Positions 35,941-45,486 are shown, counted from the first letter of the stretch. The stretch is 64,000 bases of DNA from Candidatus Eiseniibacteriota bacterium (GCA_038231135.1 JBBRLX010000026.1:1-64000), one strand, 5' to 3'. The notes: generated from the letters alone by a model not told the origin. Numbers and translations: made by a program.

Positions 35941-36584
35941 CGCGAGCCTCCGGTGGATGCGTTCATCATCGGCGGGGGAGCGGCGAGCAGGGTCCGCACC
36001 TCGGACGCCAGGCCGGCGAGCGCCCGGTCGTCGGAACCGGTCGTGGTCCAGGCGATGTGCCCCGTGCGATCGAGCACCAGGGTCAGCGGCACGCTGCCGA
36101 GGTCGAGCGCGCGCGCGAGGCCGTCCGGCCCGTCCTGCGCGACCGCCAGCGTCACGCGATGGGCGCCGCAGAACCGGCGCGCGTTCGCGGCCTCCTCGTC
36201 GATCGACACCGCGATCACCCGGGCGCCGCCGCCGAGCTGCGCTTCGAGCGCGCCCAGCCGCGGCAGCTCGCGGCGGCACGGCGCGCACCAGCTCGCCCAG
36301 AAGTTCACGACGACGACGCTGCCCGCGAGCGAACCCAGCGTGAGCGTGCGCCCGTCGAGCGTGTGCAGGGGATGATCGCGCAGCGCGCGCTCGGCGACGG
36401 CCGTGCCGGCGCCGAGGCCCGCGAACGCGACCGGAGCCGCGTACGCGGCCGCCGGGGCGAGCAGCACCGCAGCGAGCGCCGCAATGGCTGCGGTCGCACG
36501 CATCGCGCCGTCGCGCGCTCCTTCGAGGCGGTGCGGCCCACCGGATCCGGCGGTACGCAATGCAGTCCCATGGACGAGGTTCAT
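35937..36584 (-). CDS. TlpA family disulfide reductase (exported thioredoxin-like)
   Basis: VVVNFWASWCAPCRRELP motif. Confidence 0.9.
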   Translation of the reverse strand: MNLVHGTALRTAGSGGPHRLEGARDGAMRATAAIAALAAVLLAPAAAYAAPVAFAGLGAGTAVAERALRDHPLHTLDGRTLTLGSLAGSVVVVNFWASWCAPCRRELPRLGALEAQLGGGARVIAVSIDEEAANARRFCGAHRVTLAVAQDGPDGLARALDLGSVPLTLVLDRTGHIAWTTTGSDDRALAGLASEVRTLLAAPPPMMNASTGGSR

Positions 36585-36597
36585 GACGTGTGGTCCC

Positions 36598-38571
36598 TCA
36601 CTTGTACTGGGCGCCGAGCAGCACCCAGAGGTTGAACTTCCGTTGTTCCTGGGCGGTGAGCGAGTCGGGGCCCGCGGGATGCGAGCCCAGGCCGGCGTGC
36701 GTGCCGAGGCCCATCACGTAGTCGACCAGCACGGAGCGCCGCGGGAACGGCGGGACCGTTACGGTCGGGCCGTGCGCGGTCATCATCGTGGCGCCCGACA
36801 GGTTCACGTAGGCGCGCGGGAAGATCCGGTTGCCGCGGACCGTGTCTGCGGCGGCGCTCAGGTCTAGGTTCCCGGCGGCGGCGGTGGTGTCGATGCCGGC
36901 GATCACCGGCGTGTGACAGCTCGCGCACTTGGCGGTGACGATCGGGCCGATGTCGTTCTGGTAGTTGATGATCATCCAGTTGGCCTTCGGCACGTTCACG
37001 TCGTAGGGCGCGTGCGCCGCCGCCATCGGGTTCAGGTTCGTCGGCACCGGGCCACCCGCGACGCGGTCCTCGTGGCAGCCGATGCAGCGCGCGAACTCCT
37101 CGCCGGGGCGCACGGCCAGATGCGTGCGCTTCACCACGAAGCCGCGGCCGTGGCTGTCGAGCGTGGCGAAACTGATCGGCGTGTCGGCCGGCACCTTGAT
37201 GCGGAACGAGCCGTCGGCTTCGACCGGCGCGAACCCGATCAGTGCGCGCTTCTCGAACTCGTTCGCCGAGAAGTCGTTCATCTCGCCGGGGCGCGTCGGG
37301 CGCGCCGCGATCACCGCGATGCTGTCGATGCGGTCGACGCCGCGCACCGGCACCTCCTGCCCGTCGCCGTGCCCGCGGTTGAACACGTCCTGGGCGAGGA
37401 ACACGCCGTAGTCCTTGGTGCGATCCACCACCGACGGGATCACCGGCGGCTTGGGATGCGGCGCGAGCAACTGGGCGTCGTACTCCTGGGTGTGGGGATC
37501 GTTGTAGAGGAACGACAGGTTATGGACGCTGAACGTCGCCGGGTCGCCGGAGGCGCCGGTGCCGGACTGGTCCAGCGTGAACGTGTAGAGGCCGTAGTCG
37601 ACGTCCTGATCGGTCGCGGCGGGCAGCGAGTACGAGGCGACGAACTTGTTGCCACCGAGCGGCCGCGGGTACTTGAACGCGCCATAGGGCCACGGCTTGC
37701 CGTCGGTGTTCACCTGGGGCGTGAGCACGTCCCAGTGCGTCGAGGTGCCGTCGGTCGCGGGGTCAGCCGGGCCCTGTTCCAGCTTGAGCATCGCGAGCGG
37801 GCCCGCGTCGCCCTCCACCTCGGTCGACTGGATCGCGATGATCCGGCCGTCCGGGGTGGGGACCGCGTGGAAGAAGTTCTGATCGTGCGGCCCGAAGAAG
37901 TGGAACGTGCCGGTGCCGTCGGGGTTCGTGAAGAACAGTGGGAACCGGTTGAAGTCGCCGAAGTGCTCCCAGCGCGTGTAGACGATGCGGCCGTCGGCCA
38001 GCAGCTCGGGATCGAAGTCGTCGCTCTGGTTGAAGCTGATGCGCTCGAGGTTGCCGCCGTCGGCGTCGCACACGTACAGGTGCTCGGCCGGCGCGTGGTT
38101 GTACTCGTCCATCTCGTTGTCGCGCGAGCTGGTGAACAGGATGCGCCCGTCGGGCAGGTACAGCGGGTCGAAGTCGTTGCCGCCGCCGCTCGTCACCTGC
38201 CGGAGCCCGGTGCCGTCGGCGCCGATCTCGTACAGGTTGTGGTAGGCGCCGCCCGCCGGCCGCATCGAGAACAGGATCTTCCTGCCGTCGAACGACACCG
38301 CGGGGTCCGACACCGCGGCGCCGGTAAAGTTCGTGATCGGCGTCACCACACCGTCGGGCGCGATTGGCGACAGCTTGCACAGGTTCGCCGGCGCCTCGGT
38401 GCGGTTGAGCGTTTCGGTCGCCGTGGACTTGACGAACACCAGCGCGTCGGTCGTCGCCTCCTGCTGGATCAGGTCTTCAGGCGCGCTGCCGCGGCAGCCG
38501 GCGAGCCCGCCGAGCCACAGCAGGACGGCCGGCGTGAGGAGTGCTGCACGATGAACGGGGAGTCGGAGCAT
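36598..38571 (-). CDS. HzsA-related lipoprotein: PD40/TolB-like propeller, hydrazine-synthase-alpha middle domain and two c-type heme motifs
   Basis: Lipobox LAGC; DPAVSFDG..ILFS and DGRIVYTRWEH; APVEADGSF..KVPADTP...RPGE..CIGCHE (37072-37086); second CASCH (36913-36927). Confidence 0.85.
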   Translation of the reverse strand: MLRLPVHRAALLTPAVLLWLGGLAGCRGSAPEDLIQQEATTDALVFVKSTATETLNRTEAPANLCKLSPIAPDGVVTPITNFTGAAVSDPAVSFDGRKILFSMRPAGGAYHNLYEIGADGTGLRQVTSGGGNDFDPLYLPDGRILFTSSRDNEMDEYNHAPAEHLYVCDADGGNLERISFNQSDDFDPELLADGRIVYTRWEHFGDFNRFPLFFTNPDGTGTFHFFGPHDQNFFHAVPTPDGRIIAIQSTEVEGDAGPLAMLKLEQGPADPATDGTSTHWDVLTPQVNTDGKPWPYGAFKYPRPLGGNKFVASYSLPAATDQDVDYGLYTFTLDQSGTGASGDPATFSVHNLSFLYNDPHTQEYDAQLLAPHPKPPVIPSVVDRTKDYGVFLAQDVFNRGHGDGQEVPVRGVDRIDSIAVIAARPTRPGEMNDFSANEFEKRALIGFAPVEADGSFRIKVPADTPISFATLDSHGRGFVVKRTHLAVRPGEEFARCIGCHEDRVAGGPVPTNLNPMAAAHAPYDVNVPKANWMIINYQNDIGPIVTAKCASCHTPVIAGIDTTAAAGNLDLSAAADTVRGNRIFPRAYVNLSGATMMTAHGPTVTVPPFPRRSVLVDYVMGLGTHAGLGSHPAGPDSLTAQEQRKFNLWVLLGAQYK

Positions 38572-38589
38572 GGTTCGGGTTCCAGGGGG

Positions 38590-39264
38590 TTACGGCGCGA
38601 GCGTCCGGTAGAAGGCCAGGGCGATCGTCGCCTCGCGGTATTCGTATGCGACGGTTCCCTGGCGGTACTGCTGCCTGCCGATCACGGTCATGCCGAGCAG
38701 CTCGGCGCGCAGCGCGAGATCCCGGCGGATGAAACATTCGAGGCCGCCGCCGAGGGTGAGGGCGTTCTTCGTCACGGGGTCGGCGTTGAGCGAGCGCCCC
38801 GGCAGCACGATGGTCATGCCGTAGCCGGCCGACGCGTAGGGCTGGAACCGGCCGGCGAGCGGCCGGCGCACGATCGCGCTGAACCGGTGCAGGATGCCCT
38901 GCACGGAATGGCTGGGGTTGTGTCCGATCGAGGCCTCGTAGCCGAGCCACGCGTTCGGGTTGTAGGCCGCGCGCAGCACGAACAGCCGCTGCGAGCCGAG
39001 CAGCCCGAACCCCGGACTGATCGACAGCCGGTTCAGGTAGGGCCGCACTCCGGGCTCGAGCGCGTACGGGTTCGCGGCCAGCTCGGGCACCAGGTGTTCG
39101 AGCCCGTCGGCCGCGATGACCGGCGTGTCGGCCGCGGTGGTGCCCGTGGCGACCGATGTGCCGGTCGCGGCATCGTGCTCCGGAGCCACGTCCGCCCGCG
39201 CGGCCATGGCTCCGAGCGTCAGGCAGCAGACGGCGGCACCGAGCGCCGTGCGCGTTGCGGTCAT
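38590..39264 (-). CDS. Outer-membrane beta-barrel protein
   Basis: Signal peptide; FQPYASAGYG, LGGGLE and ALRAE strands. Confidence 0.8.
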   Translation of the reverse strand: MTATRTALGAAVCCLTLGAMAARADVAPEHDAATGTSVATGTTAADTPVIAADGLEHLVPELAANPYALEPGVRPYLNRLSISPGFGLLGSQRLFVLRAAYNPNAWLGYEASIGHNPSHSVQGILHRFSAIVRRPLAGRFQPYASAGYGMTIVLPGRSLNADPVTKNALTLGGGLECFIRRDLALRAELLGMTVIGRQQYRQGTVAYEYREATIALAFYRTLAP

Positions 39265-39752
39265 CGCAGCACCCCGTGCAGGATCCAGCCGCGGATCGCC
39301 TGGTATCCCGAGTCCGCGGGGGTCGCGAACACCTTCACGCCGTGCGGAACGCCGCCGGCGGCGAGCGCCAGCGGCTTGGTGAGGATGTGGCTCGAATCGA
39401 GCTGCGTGGGGTTGACCTGCAGCGCAGCCTGATCGAAGTCGAAGCGCAGGTCCTTGGCGCCCGCGGGGGACAGCGCGAACGTGCCGCGGATGCCGCCGCC
39501 GTGGCAGTCGCCCCCCGCGTCGCAGCCATTCCGCACCAGCACCGGCTCCACGGCCGCGACGAATTCGTCGTAGTCGAGCGTCAGCATGTGGCCGCCGGAC
39601 GGAGGGGCGGGAGGCCGGGTCGGACTCTGGCAGCCGGGCACCGCCGTAGCGGACACGAGCAGCAGCGCGAGTGCCGTCGCACGTGCCACAACCCGACCCG
39701 ATCCGATTCGAAGTTCATTCGCCACGAGGCTCCCCGGGATTGCAGTTCGCAT
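39261..39752 (-). CDS. Lipoprotein with atypical CX5CH heme motif (planctomycete cytochrome c-like)
   Basis: Lipobox VPGC; VEPVLVRNGCDAGGDCHGG...SHILTKPL..PHG...YQAIRGWI; alternative GTG start at 39725 with GGGGAG RBS. Confidence 0.72.
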   Translation of the reverse strand: MRTAIPGSLVANELRIGSGRVVARATALALLLVSATAVPGCQSPTRPPAPPSGGHMLTLDYDEFVAAVEPVLVRNGCDAGGDCHGGGIRGTFALSPAGAKDLRFDFDQAALQVNPTQLDSSHILTKPLALAAGGVPHGVKVFATPADSGYQAIRGWILHGVLR

Positions 39753-39882
39753 TTCCAGCCATTGCGAATCGAACGGAGAGCACTTTCGGGCGAAACCCGA
39801 ACGAATCTCTTCAACTGGTTCGAATTGCTGCGGCTAGGCGGTGTTCATGATCCCGTCCTCTGGGAAGATGGGCGGCCCAAGC

Positions 39883-39897
39883 GCAAGCACCGTGCCC
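39883..39897 (-). promoter_or_regulatory. sigma54 (RpoN) -24/-12 promoter of the large operon
   Basis: Minus strand GGGCACGGTGCTTGC matches TGGCACG-N4-TTGC; intergenic and oriented toward 39752. Confidence 0.75.
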
Positions 39898-40004
39898 TCG
39901 CGTGCAGAGGCTGGGGGGATTCGCTCAGCCGCTGCGATCCGCCCGCGGTGAATCACCCCAGGCGGGTGTCGGCCGTGCGGTGCGCACTTGCCATGAACTT
40001 CCGC

Positions 40005-41141
40005 TCAGAAGTAGACGACCTCGAATAGCGAGCGGGCGGCGGGCTCGAGCAGGAACCGGCCTTCGAGCGACGATTCGACCCACACCGTGTCCGTGCCGGC
40101 GCGACCCGGCGTCACGAGCACGGCCTGGATGTCGTCGCGCTCCTTCGCCTTCGCGCGCGCCGCGGCGGCGCCGAGCACGAACAGTGGCGTGTCCCAGCTG
40201 TCGGCGACGAATGCGCTGCGGGTGACGAGCGTCACCGCCAGCAGGCCCTCCGACGGGCGGCCGGTGCGCGGGTCCATGATGTGCCCGTAGGTGCGACCGT
40301 TGGCGGCGACGAACTGCTGGTACTTGCCCGACGTCGAGATGCCCTCGCCGCGCAGCAGGATGTGCGCGAAGTACGGCATGCGGTCGCGCGGATCGCGGAT
40401 GCCGATGCGCCAGCCGTCCGACGTTGGCGAGTGTCCGAGCGCCATCATGTTGCCGGTCAGGTCGACGAGCGCGTTCGTGACGCCGTGCGCCGCCAGCGAT
40501 TCGGCCGCGACGTCGACCGCGTAACCCTTGGCGATGCCGCCGAGATCGATGCGGACGCCGGGATTGTCGTAGGCCAGCGTGCCCGCCACGACGTCGAAGC
40601 GGAGCTGCCGGGCGCCGACCCGGCGGAACGCCGCGGTCGCCGCGGAATCGGTCGGCACGTGCGGAGTCCCGCCGATGAATCCCCACGCGCGCACCAGCGG
40701 CTCGACTGTGATGTCGAACGTGCCCGCGCTGCCGCGCCACACGTCGAGCGCCGCGGCGATCACCCGCGCCACCTCCGGCTGCACGTGCACCGGGCCCGCC
40801 GCGCACTCGCGATTGAGCCGGGCCACCTCGCTGGTCGTGGTCCAGTTGCTCATCAGCGAGTCGACACGCGCGAGCACGTTCTGCGCGATCCGCGCCGCGG
40901 GTTCCACCCGCGCCGAGTCGGCGGTGACGATCGTGATGTTCGCGTACGTGCCCATCGTGCGCATCGAGAACGTGACCGCGCGCTCCGGCGAAGCCGGAGC
41001 GGCGGCCGCCGCGTCGTTGCCTGGAACCGTCGGGGTCAGGCCGGCGATCATGGTGGCAAGCGCAACCAGCGTGGCTGCAACGATTCGCGGCGCTCGCCTG
41101 CCATGACGCTCGAAGTCCAATGGAACGCCCTCCCTGGGCAC
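40005..41141 (-). CDS. apbE: FAD:protein FMN transferase (ApbE)
   Basis: TMGT, SEVARLN, FDITVEPL..WGF, IDLGGIAKGYAVD, STSG.Y and HIMDPRTG motifs; start uncertain. Confidence 0.93.
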   Translation of the reverse strand: MPREGVPLDFERHGRRAPRIVAATLVALATMIAGLTPTVPGNDAAAAAPASPERAVTFSMRTMGTYANITIVTADSARVEPAARIAQNVLARVDSLMSNWTTTSEVARLNRECAAGPVHVQPEVARVIAAALDVWRGSAGTFDITVEPLVRAWGFIGGTPHVPTDSAATAAFRRVGARQLRFDVVAGTLAYDNPGVRIDLGGIAKGYAVDVAAESLAAHGVTNALVDLTGNMMALGHSPTSDGWRIGIRDPRDRMPYFAHILLRGEGISTSGKYQQFVAANGRTYGHIMDPRTGRPSEGLLAVTLVTRSAFVADSWDTPLFVLGAAAARAKAKERDDIQAVLVTPGRAGTDTVWVESSLEGRFLLEPAARSLFEVVYF

Positions 41142-41250
41142 CTATGAAGGATGAGCGGCCTGATCGTGATGCGTGATACCCGGTTTTCGGCGGCCGTGGG
41201 CGCGATCCTCAGTGCCGATCGAGGTGAGACGTCGTCGCGATCGCGCGCGA

Positions 41251-43053
41251 TCAGCCCGTGTCGCCGGCTCCGATCGCCTCGAGCTCCATCCAGCGCGCGT
41301 ACGCCGTCTGGATCTCGCGGGCGACTTCGGCCATGCGCGCCTGCGCCGCCACGATCTGAGCACCCCGCTTCGCGTGGAAGCCGGGCGCGGCCATGAGCGC
41401 GAACAACTCCTGTTGCTCGGTCTCGAGAACCTCGATCCGCGCGGGCATGCCCTCGAGCTCGCGCTGCTCCTTGAACCCGAGCTTGCGCGACCGCGCGGCC
41501 GCGGCGCGCGGCTGCGGCCGGCGGGACTTCGCGGCGGCCGCAGCCGCGGGCGCCGCCGCCGGCCGCTGCCGCAGCCAGTCCGTGAAGCCGCCCACGTACT
41601 CCGTCCACCGCCCGTCGCCCTCGAACGCCAGCGTCGAGGTGACGACGTTGTCGAGGAACGCGCGATCGTGCGATACCACGAGCAGCGTGCCCTGGAACTC
41701 GAGCAGCAGGTCCTCCAGCAGTTCGAGCGTTTCCAGGTCGAGATCGTTCGTGGGCTCGTCGAGCACCAGGAGATTGGCCGGCCGTGACAGGATCTTCGCG
41801 AGCTGCAGCCGGCGGCGCTCGCCGCCCGACAGCTTCGTCACCGGTCCCCGGATCTGCTCGGGCGAGAACAGGAACTCCCGCAGGTAGCCGACGACGTGGC
41901 GTTCCATGCCCCCGACGAACACCACCTCGCGCCCCTCGCCGATGTTGCCCGCCACCGTCTTCGTCTCGTCGAGCGAGTCGTGGAGCTGCTCGAAGTGCGC
42001 GACCTCGAGGCGCGAGCCGCGCTCGACGGTGCCGTGCGCCGGAGCCAGCTCGCCCAGCAGCAGCCGGATCAGCGTGGTCTTGCCGCAGCCGTTCGGGCCC
42101 AGGATGCCGACGCGGTCACCGCGCAGCACGGTGCACGACAGGTCGCGGACGATCGGCCGCCCCCCGAGCTCGTGGCTCAGGTTCCGGCACCGGATCACCA
42201 TGTGCCCCGACCGCTCCGCCTCCTGGAGCTGCGCCTGCACGCGCCCCGGCTCCTCGCGCCGCGCGCGGCGCTCGAGGCGCAGCGATTCGAGCGCGCGCAC
42301 CCGGCCTTCGTTCCGGGTGCGCCGTGCCTTGATGCCCTGCCGCACCCATGCCTCCTCCTGCGCCAGCTTGCGATCGAACAGCGCCGCCTGATCGGCCTCG
42401 ACGCGGAGTTCGTCCTCGCGGCGTTCGAGATAGGCGTCGTAGCCGGTGCGGTAGCTGCGCAGCGCGCCGCGGTCCAGGTCGAGGATGCGGGTGGCGAGGC
42501 CGCGCAGGAAGCTGCGATCGTGGGTCACGAACAGCAGCGCGCCGCGGCGGCGCGTCAGCGCCTGCTCCAGGTGGTCGATCGCGTCGATGTCGAGATGGTT
42601 CGTGGGCTCGTCGAGAATCAGCAGCTCGGGATCGCGCACCAGCGCGGCGGCGAGCAGCACGCGGCGCTTGGATCCCGCCGACAACGCGGCGAGATCGGCG
42701 CCGACGTCGAGCGTCAGGTCGGAGGCCGCCTGGTCGATCCGGGTCTCGATCGTCCAGGCGGCGTCGCTCGACGTGACGCCGCACACGTGCCGCAGGTAGT
42801 CGTGGACGGTTCCGGTCAGGTCGAACGGCACGTTCTGCGGCAGGCTCGCGATGCGCAGGCCCGGCTGGCGCACAACCTCCCCGGCATCGGGCGCCAGCGT
42901 GCCCTCGACGATCGCGAGCAGTGTCGATTTGCCGGCGCCGTTCCGGCCGAGCAGGCCGATGCGCTCGCCGTTCTCGATCTGGAGGCCAACGGCATTCAGC
43001 AGCGGCGGGCCATCGAACGCGATGGACACCTGATTCAGGCTCAGCAGCGGCAT
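41251..43053 (-). CDS. uup: ABC-F family ATP-binding protein (Uup-like)
   Basis: Two ABC domains (GRNGAGKST, GPNGCGKTT, LDEPTN x2), QGIKARRTRNEGRVR linker, C-terminal coiled domain. Confidence 0.9.
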   Translation of the reverse strand: MPLLSLNQVSIAFDGPPLLNAVGLQIENGERIGLLGRNGAGKSTLLAIVEGTLAPDAGEVVRQPGLRIASLPQNVPFDLTGTVHDYLRHVCGVTSSDAAWTIETRIDQAASDLTLDVGADLAALSAGSKRRVLLAAALVRDPELLILDEPTNHLDIDAIDHLEQALTRRRGALLFVTHDRSFLRGLATRILDLDRGALRSYRTGYDAYLERREDELRVEADQAALFDRKLAQEEAWVRQGIKARRTRNEGRVRALESLRLERRARREEPGRVQAQLQEAERSGHMVIRCRNLSHELGGRPIVRDLSCTVLRGDRVGILGPNGCGKTTLIRLLLGELAPAHGTVERGSRLEVAHFEQLHDSLDETKTVAGNIGEGREVVFVGGMERHVVGYLREFLFSPEQIRGPVTKLSGGERRRLQLAKILSRPANLLVLDEPTNDLDLETLELLEDLLLEFQGTLLVVSHDRAFLDNVVTSTLAFEGDGRWTEYVGGFTDWLRQRPAAAPAAAAAAKSRRPQPRAAAARSRKLGFKEQRELEGMPARIEVLETEQQELFALMAAPGFHAKRGAQIVAAQARMAEVAREIQTAYARWMELEAIGAGDTG

Positions 43054-43195
43054 CGGGGAGGCGTCTCCAGACGGTGGGGGATCGGGGAATTCGGCAGAGC
43101 GTGCCCGCATCGCGTCGCGGAAGCAATTCGTGGGATCCTGTCGCCATGAGCGACATGGGCATGGACGCGGGCCGCGGTGCCCGGCGGGGCCGCCG

Positions 43196-44758
43196 ATGAA
43201 CTTCGCGGAATTGGTCGACGTTTCACGGCGCGTCGCCTCCGCGCCCGGCCGCATCGACAAGGCGGAGCTGCTCGGCGGCCTGTTGAAGCGGCTGGATCCG
43301 GACGAGATCGCGATCGGCGTCGCCTGCCTCGCCGGACATCTCCGCCAGGGCCGGATCGGCATCGGCGCAGCGGTGCTGCGCGCGGCCGCGCGACCGCCGT
43401 CGCCGGCCACGCCGCCCTCGCTGTTCGAGGGCGCCGGGGCGCACGCGGTGGCGCCGTTGACGCTGCAAGACGTCGACTCCACGTTCGAGCGGCTGGCCTG
43501 TGTGTCCGGCCCGGGTGTGACCGGCGCCCGCGCCGGCCTGCTGCGCGAGCTGTTCGGCCGGGCGACCGCGGAGGAGCACGACTTCCTCCTGCGGCTGGTG
43601 CGGGGCGAGTTGCGGCAGGGCGCGCTGCTGGGCGTGATGGAGGATGCCGTGGCGCGGGCGAGCGGGCTCGCGCTCGATGAGATCCGCCGCGCCGCGATGC
43701 GCTCCGGCGATCTCGAACGGGTCGCGGTGGCCGCGCTCACCGACGGCCTGACCGGGCTCGAGCGGTTTCAGATCCGGCTGTTCCACCCGGTGCTGCCGAT
43801 GCTCGCCCAGCCGGTCGCCGACATCGCGATGGCGCTGGCGCGGCTCGGCACCGCAGCGTTCGAATTCAAGCTCGACGGCGCGCGCGTGCAGATCCACCGG
43901 AACGGGGACGAGGTGCGCGTCTATTCCCGCCAGTCGAACGACGTCACGGCCGCGGTGCCCGAGCTGGTGGAGGCCGTGCGCGCGCTGCGGCTCGACGACG
44001 CGATCCTCGACGGCGAGGCGATCGCGCTCGGGGCGGGCGGTCGCCCGCTGCCATTCCAGGAAACGATGCGGCGCTTCGGCCGCCAGCTCGACGTGGCCCG
44101 CATGCGCGCCGAACTGCCGCTCACGCTCACGCTGTTCGACCTGCTGCGCCTCGACGGCGTGGATCGCACAGGCGAGCCCGCGCGCTCGCGCGGGGCGGCG
44201 TTGCGCGAGCGCGCCCCCCGGATCGCGGTGCCGCAGCTCGTGACCGGCGACGTCGCGGAGGCGACGCGGTTTTACGAGCAGGCGGTCGGTCTCGGACACG
44301 AAGGCGTGATGGCGAAGGCGCTCGATGCGCCGTACGAGGCCGGCGGGCGCGGCCACGCGTGGCTCAAGGTGAAGGCCGTGCACACGCTGGACCTGGTGGT
44401 GCTGGCCGCAGAGTGGGGGAGCGGCCGGCGCATCCACTGGCTCAGCAACATCCACCTGGGCGCCCGGGACCCCGCGACCGGCGGATTCGTGATGCTCGGC
44501 AAGACGTTCAAGGGCATGACCGACGCGATGCTGGAGTGGCAGACCGCCGAGTTCCAGCGGCTCGCCGTGCAGAGCGAAGGCTACATGGTGCGGCTGCGCC
44601 CCGAGCTCGTCGTCGAGGTGACGTTCAACGACGTGCAGAGGAGCCCGCGCTATCCGGGGGGCATGGCGCTGCGCCTCGCGCGCGTGAAGGCCTACCGGCC
44701 CGACAAGCGGGCCGACGAGGCGGATACCGTGGAGACGGTGCGTGCGCTGATGAAATGA
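43196..44758 (+). CDS. ATP-dependent DNA ligase (LigB type)
   Basis: Motif I EFKLDG, LDGE, FDLL, EGVMAK, WLKVK; OB domain. Confidence 0.92.
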   Translation: MNFAELVDVSRRVASAPGRIDKAELLGGLLKRLDPDEIAIGVACLAGHLRQGRIGIGAAVLRAAARPPSPATPPSLFEGAGAHAVAPLTLQDVDSTFERLACVSGPGVTGARAGLLRELFGRATAEEHDFLLRLVRGELRQGALLGVMEDAVARASGLALDEIRRAAMRSGDLERVAVAALTDGLTGLERFQIRLFHPVLPMLAQPVADIAMALARLGTAAFEFKLDGARVQIHRNGDEVRVYSRQSNDVTAAVPELVEAVRALRLDDAILDGEAIALGAGGRPLPFQETMRRFGRQLDVARMRAELPLTLTLFDLLRLDGVDRTGEPARSRGAALRERAPRIAVPQLVTGDVAEATRFYEQAVGLGHEGVMAKALDAPYEAGGRGHAWLKVKAVHTLDLVVLAAEWGSGRRIHWLSNIHLGARDPATGGFVMLGKTFKGMTDAMLEWQTAEFQRLAVQSEGYMVRLRPELVVEVTFNDVQRSPRYPGGMALRLARVKAYRPDKRADEADTVETVRALMK

Positions 44759-44902
44759 CGAAGGCCAACAAGAGGCGATTCCCGGCGCGCCGTGAACTCG
44801 ATGGTTCCAACGTACGCCTGGTTTGAACTCCAATGTCCCCAACATGTTGTGCGATTTTGCGTTCCTCCGCGGAGGCCGGTTCCCAACATGCACGTCGCGA
44901 AC

Positions 44903-44917
44903 TGGTACCCTGCCTGC
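44903..44917 (+). promoter_or_regulatory. Possible sigma54 promoter upstream of rlpA
   Basis: TGGTACCCTGCCTGC has GG-N10-GC spacing but an imperfect consensus. Confidence 0.35.
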
Positions 44918-44994
44918 CGATCGGGTATGTATCCCGTTCTGCCGATGCCCGCGAGCGGTCCCGCCATCCCCCACGTCCACCCCACGAGGTCTCC

Positions 44995-45486
44995 ATGTTC
45001 CGACGCATCGGTTTGGGCACGGCCATGCTCCTCGCGCTGGCGAGTTCACAGGCGGCCGCCTGGCCGGCAGCCCCGCTCGACATCCATGCGGCACCGGCGA
45101 CAGCCGTGGCCCGGCACGCCGCTCATCGGCGCTCCGGCATCGCGTCCTACTACGCGCACCGGCTCGACGGCCGCATGACCGCGAGCGGCGATGCCTACGA
45201 CGAGAACGCGCTGACCGCCGCGCACCGGACGCTGCCGTTCGGAACGCGCCTGCGCGTGACGAACCTCATGAACGCGCGCAGCATCATCGTGATGGTCACG
45301 GACCGCGGCCCGTTCGCAGCCGGCCGGATCATCGACCTGTCCTGGCGGGCGGCACTCGAGCTGGGTTTCGTGGCTCGCGGCACGACGCGCGTGAAGATCG
45401 AGCGGCTGGCGCCCGAAGCGGGGCTGGAGCGCCTGCCGGCGACGGCCCGCGCAGAAGCCCAGGCAGCGGCGCCCGCCGGCGACTAG
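44995..45486 (+). CDS. rlpA: RlpA family lytic transglycosylase (DPBB domain)
   Basis: GIASYY, TASG, TAAHRTLPFGT and DRGPF..GRIIDLS motifs; signal peptide. Confidence 0.9.
   Translation: MFRRIGLGTAMLLALASSQAAAWPAAPLDIHAAPATAVARHAAHRRSGIASYYAHRLDGRMTASGDAYDENALTAAHRTLPFGTRLRVTNLMNARSIIVMVTDRGPFAAGRIIDLSWRAALELGFVARGTTRVKIERLAPEAGLERLPATARAEAQAAAPAGD

Noticed and set aside
36598..38571. True hydrazine synthase / anammox metabolism
   Set aside because: No hzsB/hzsC or other anammox genes in the window; the domain occurs widely outside anammox bacteria
36913..39432. Long antisense ORFs (this one, 8642-10561, 49916-52366, 52370-55090, 56235-59645 and similar)
   Set aside because: Shadow ORFs typical of high-GC DNA, opposite well-supported genes and without motifs
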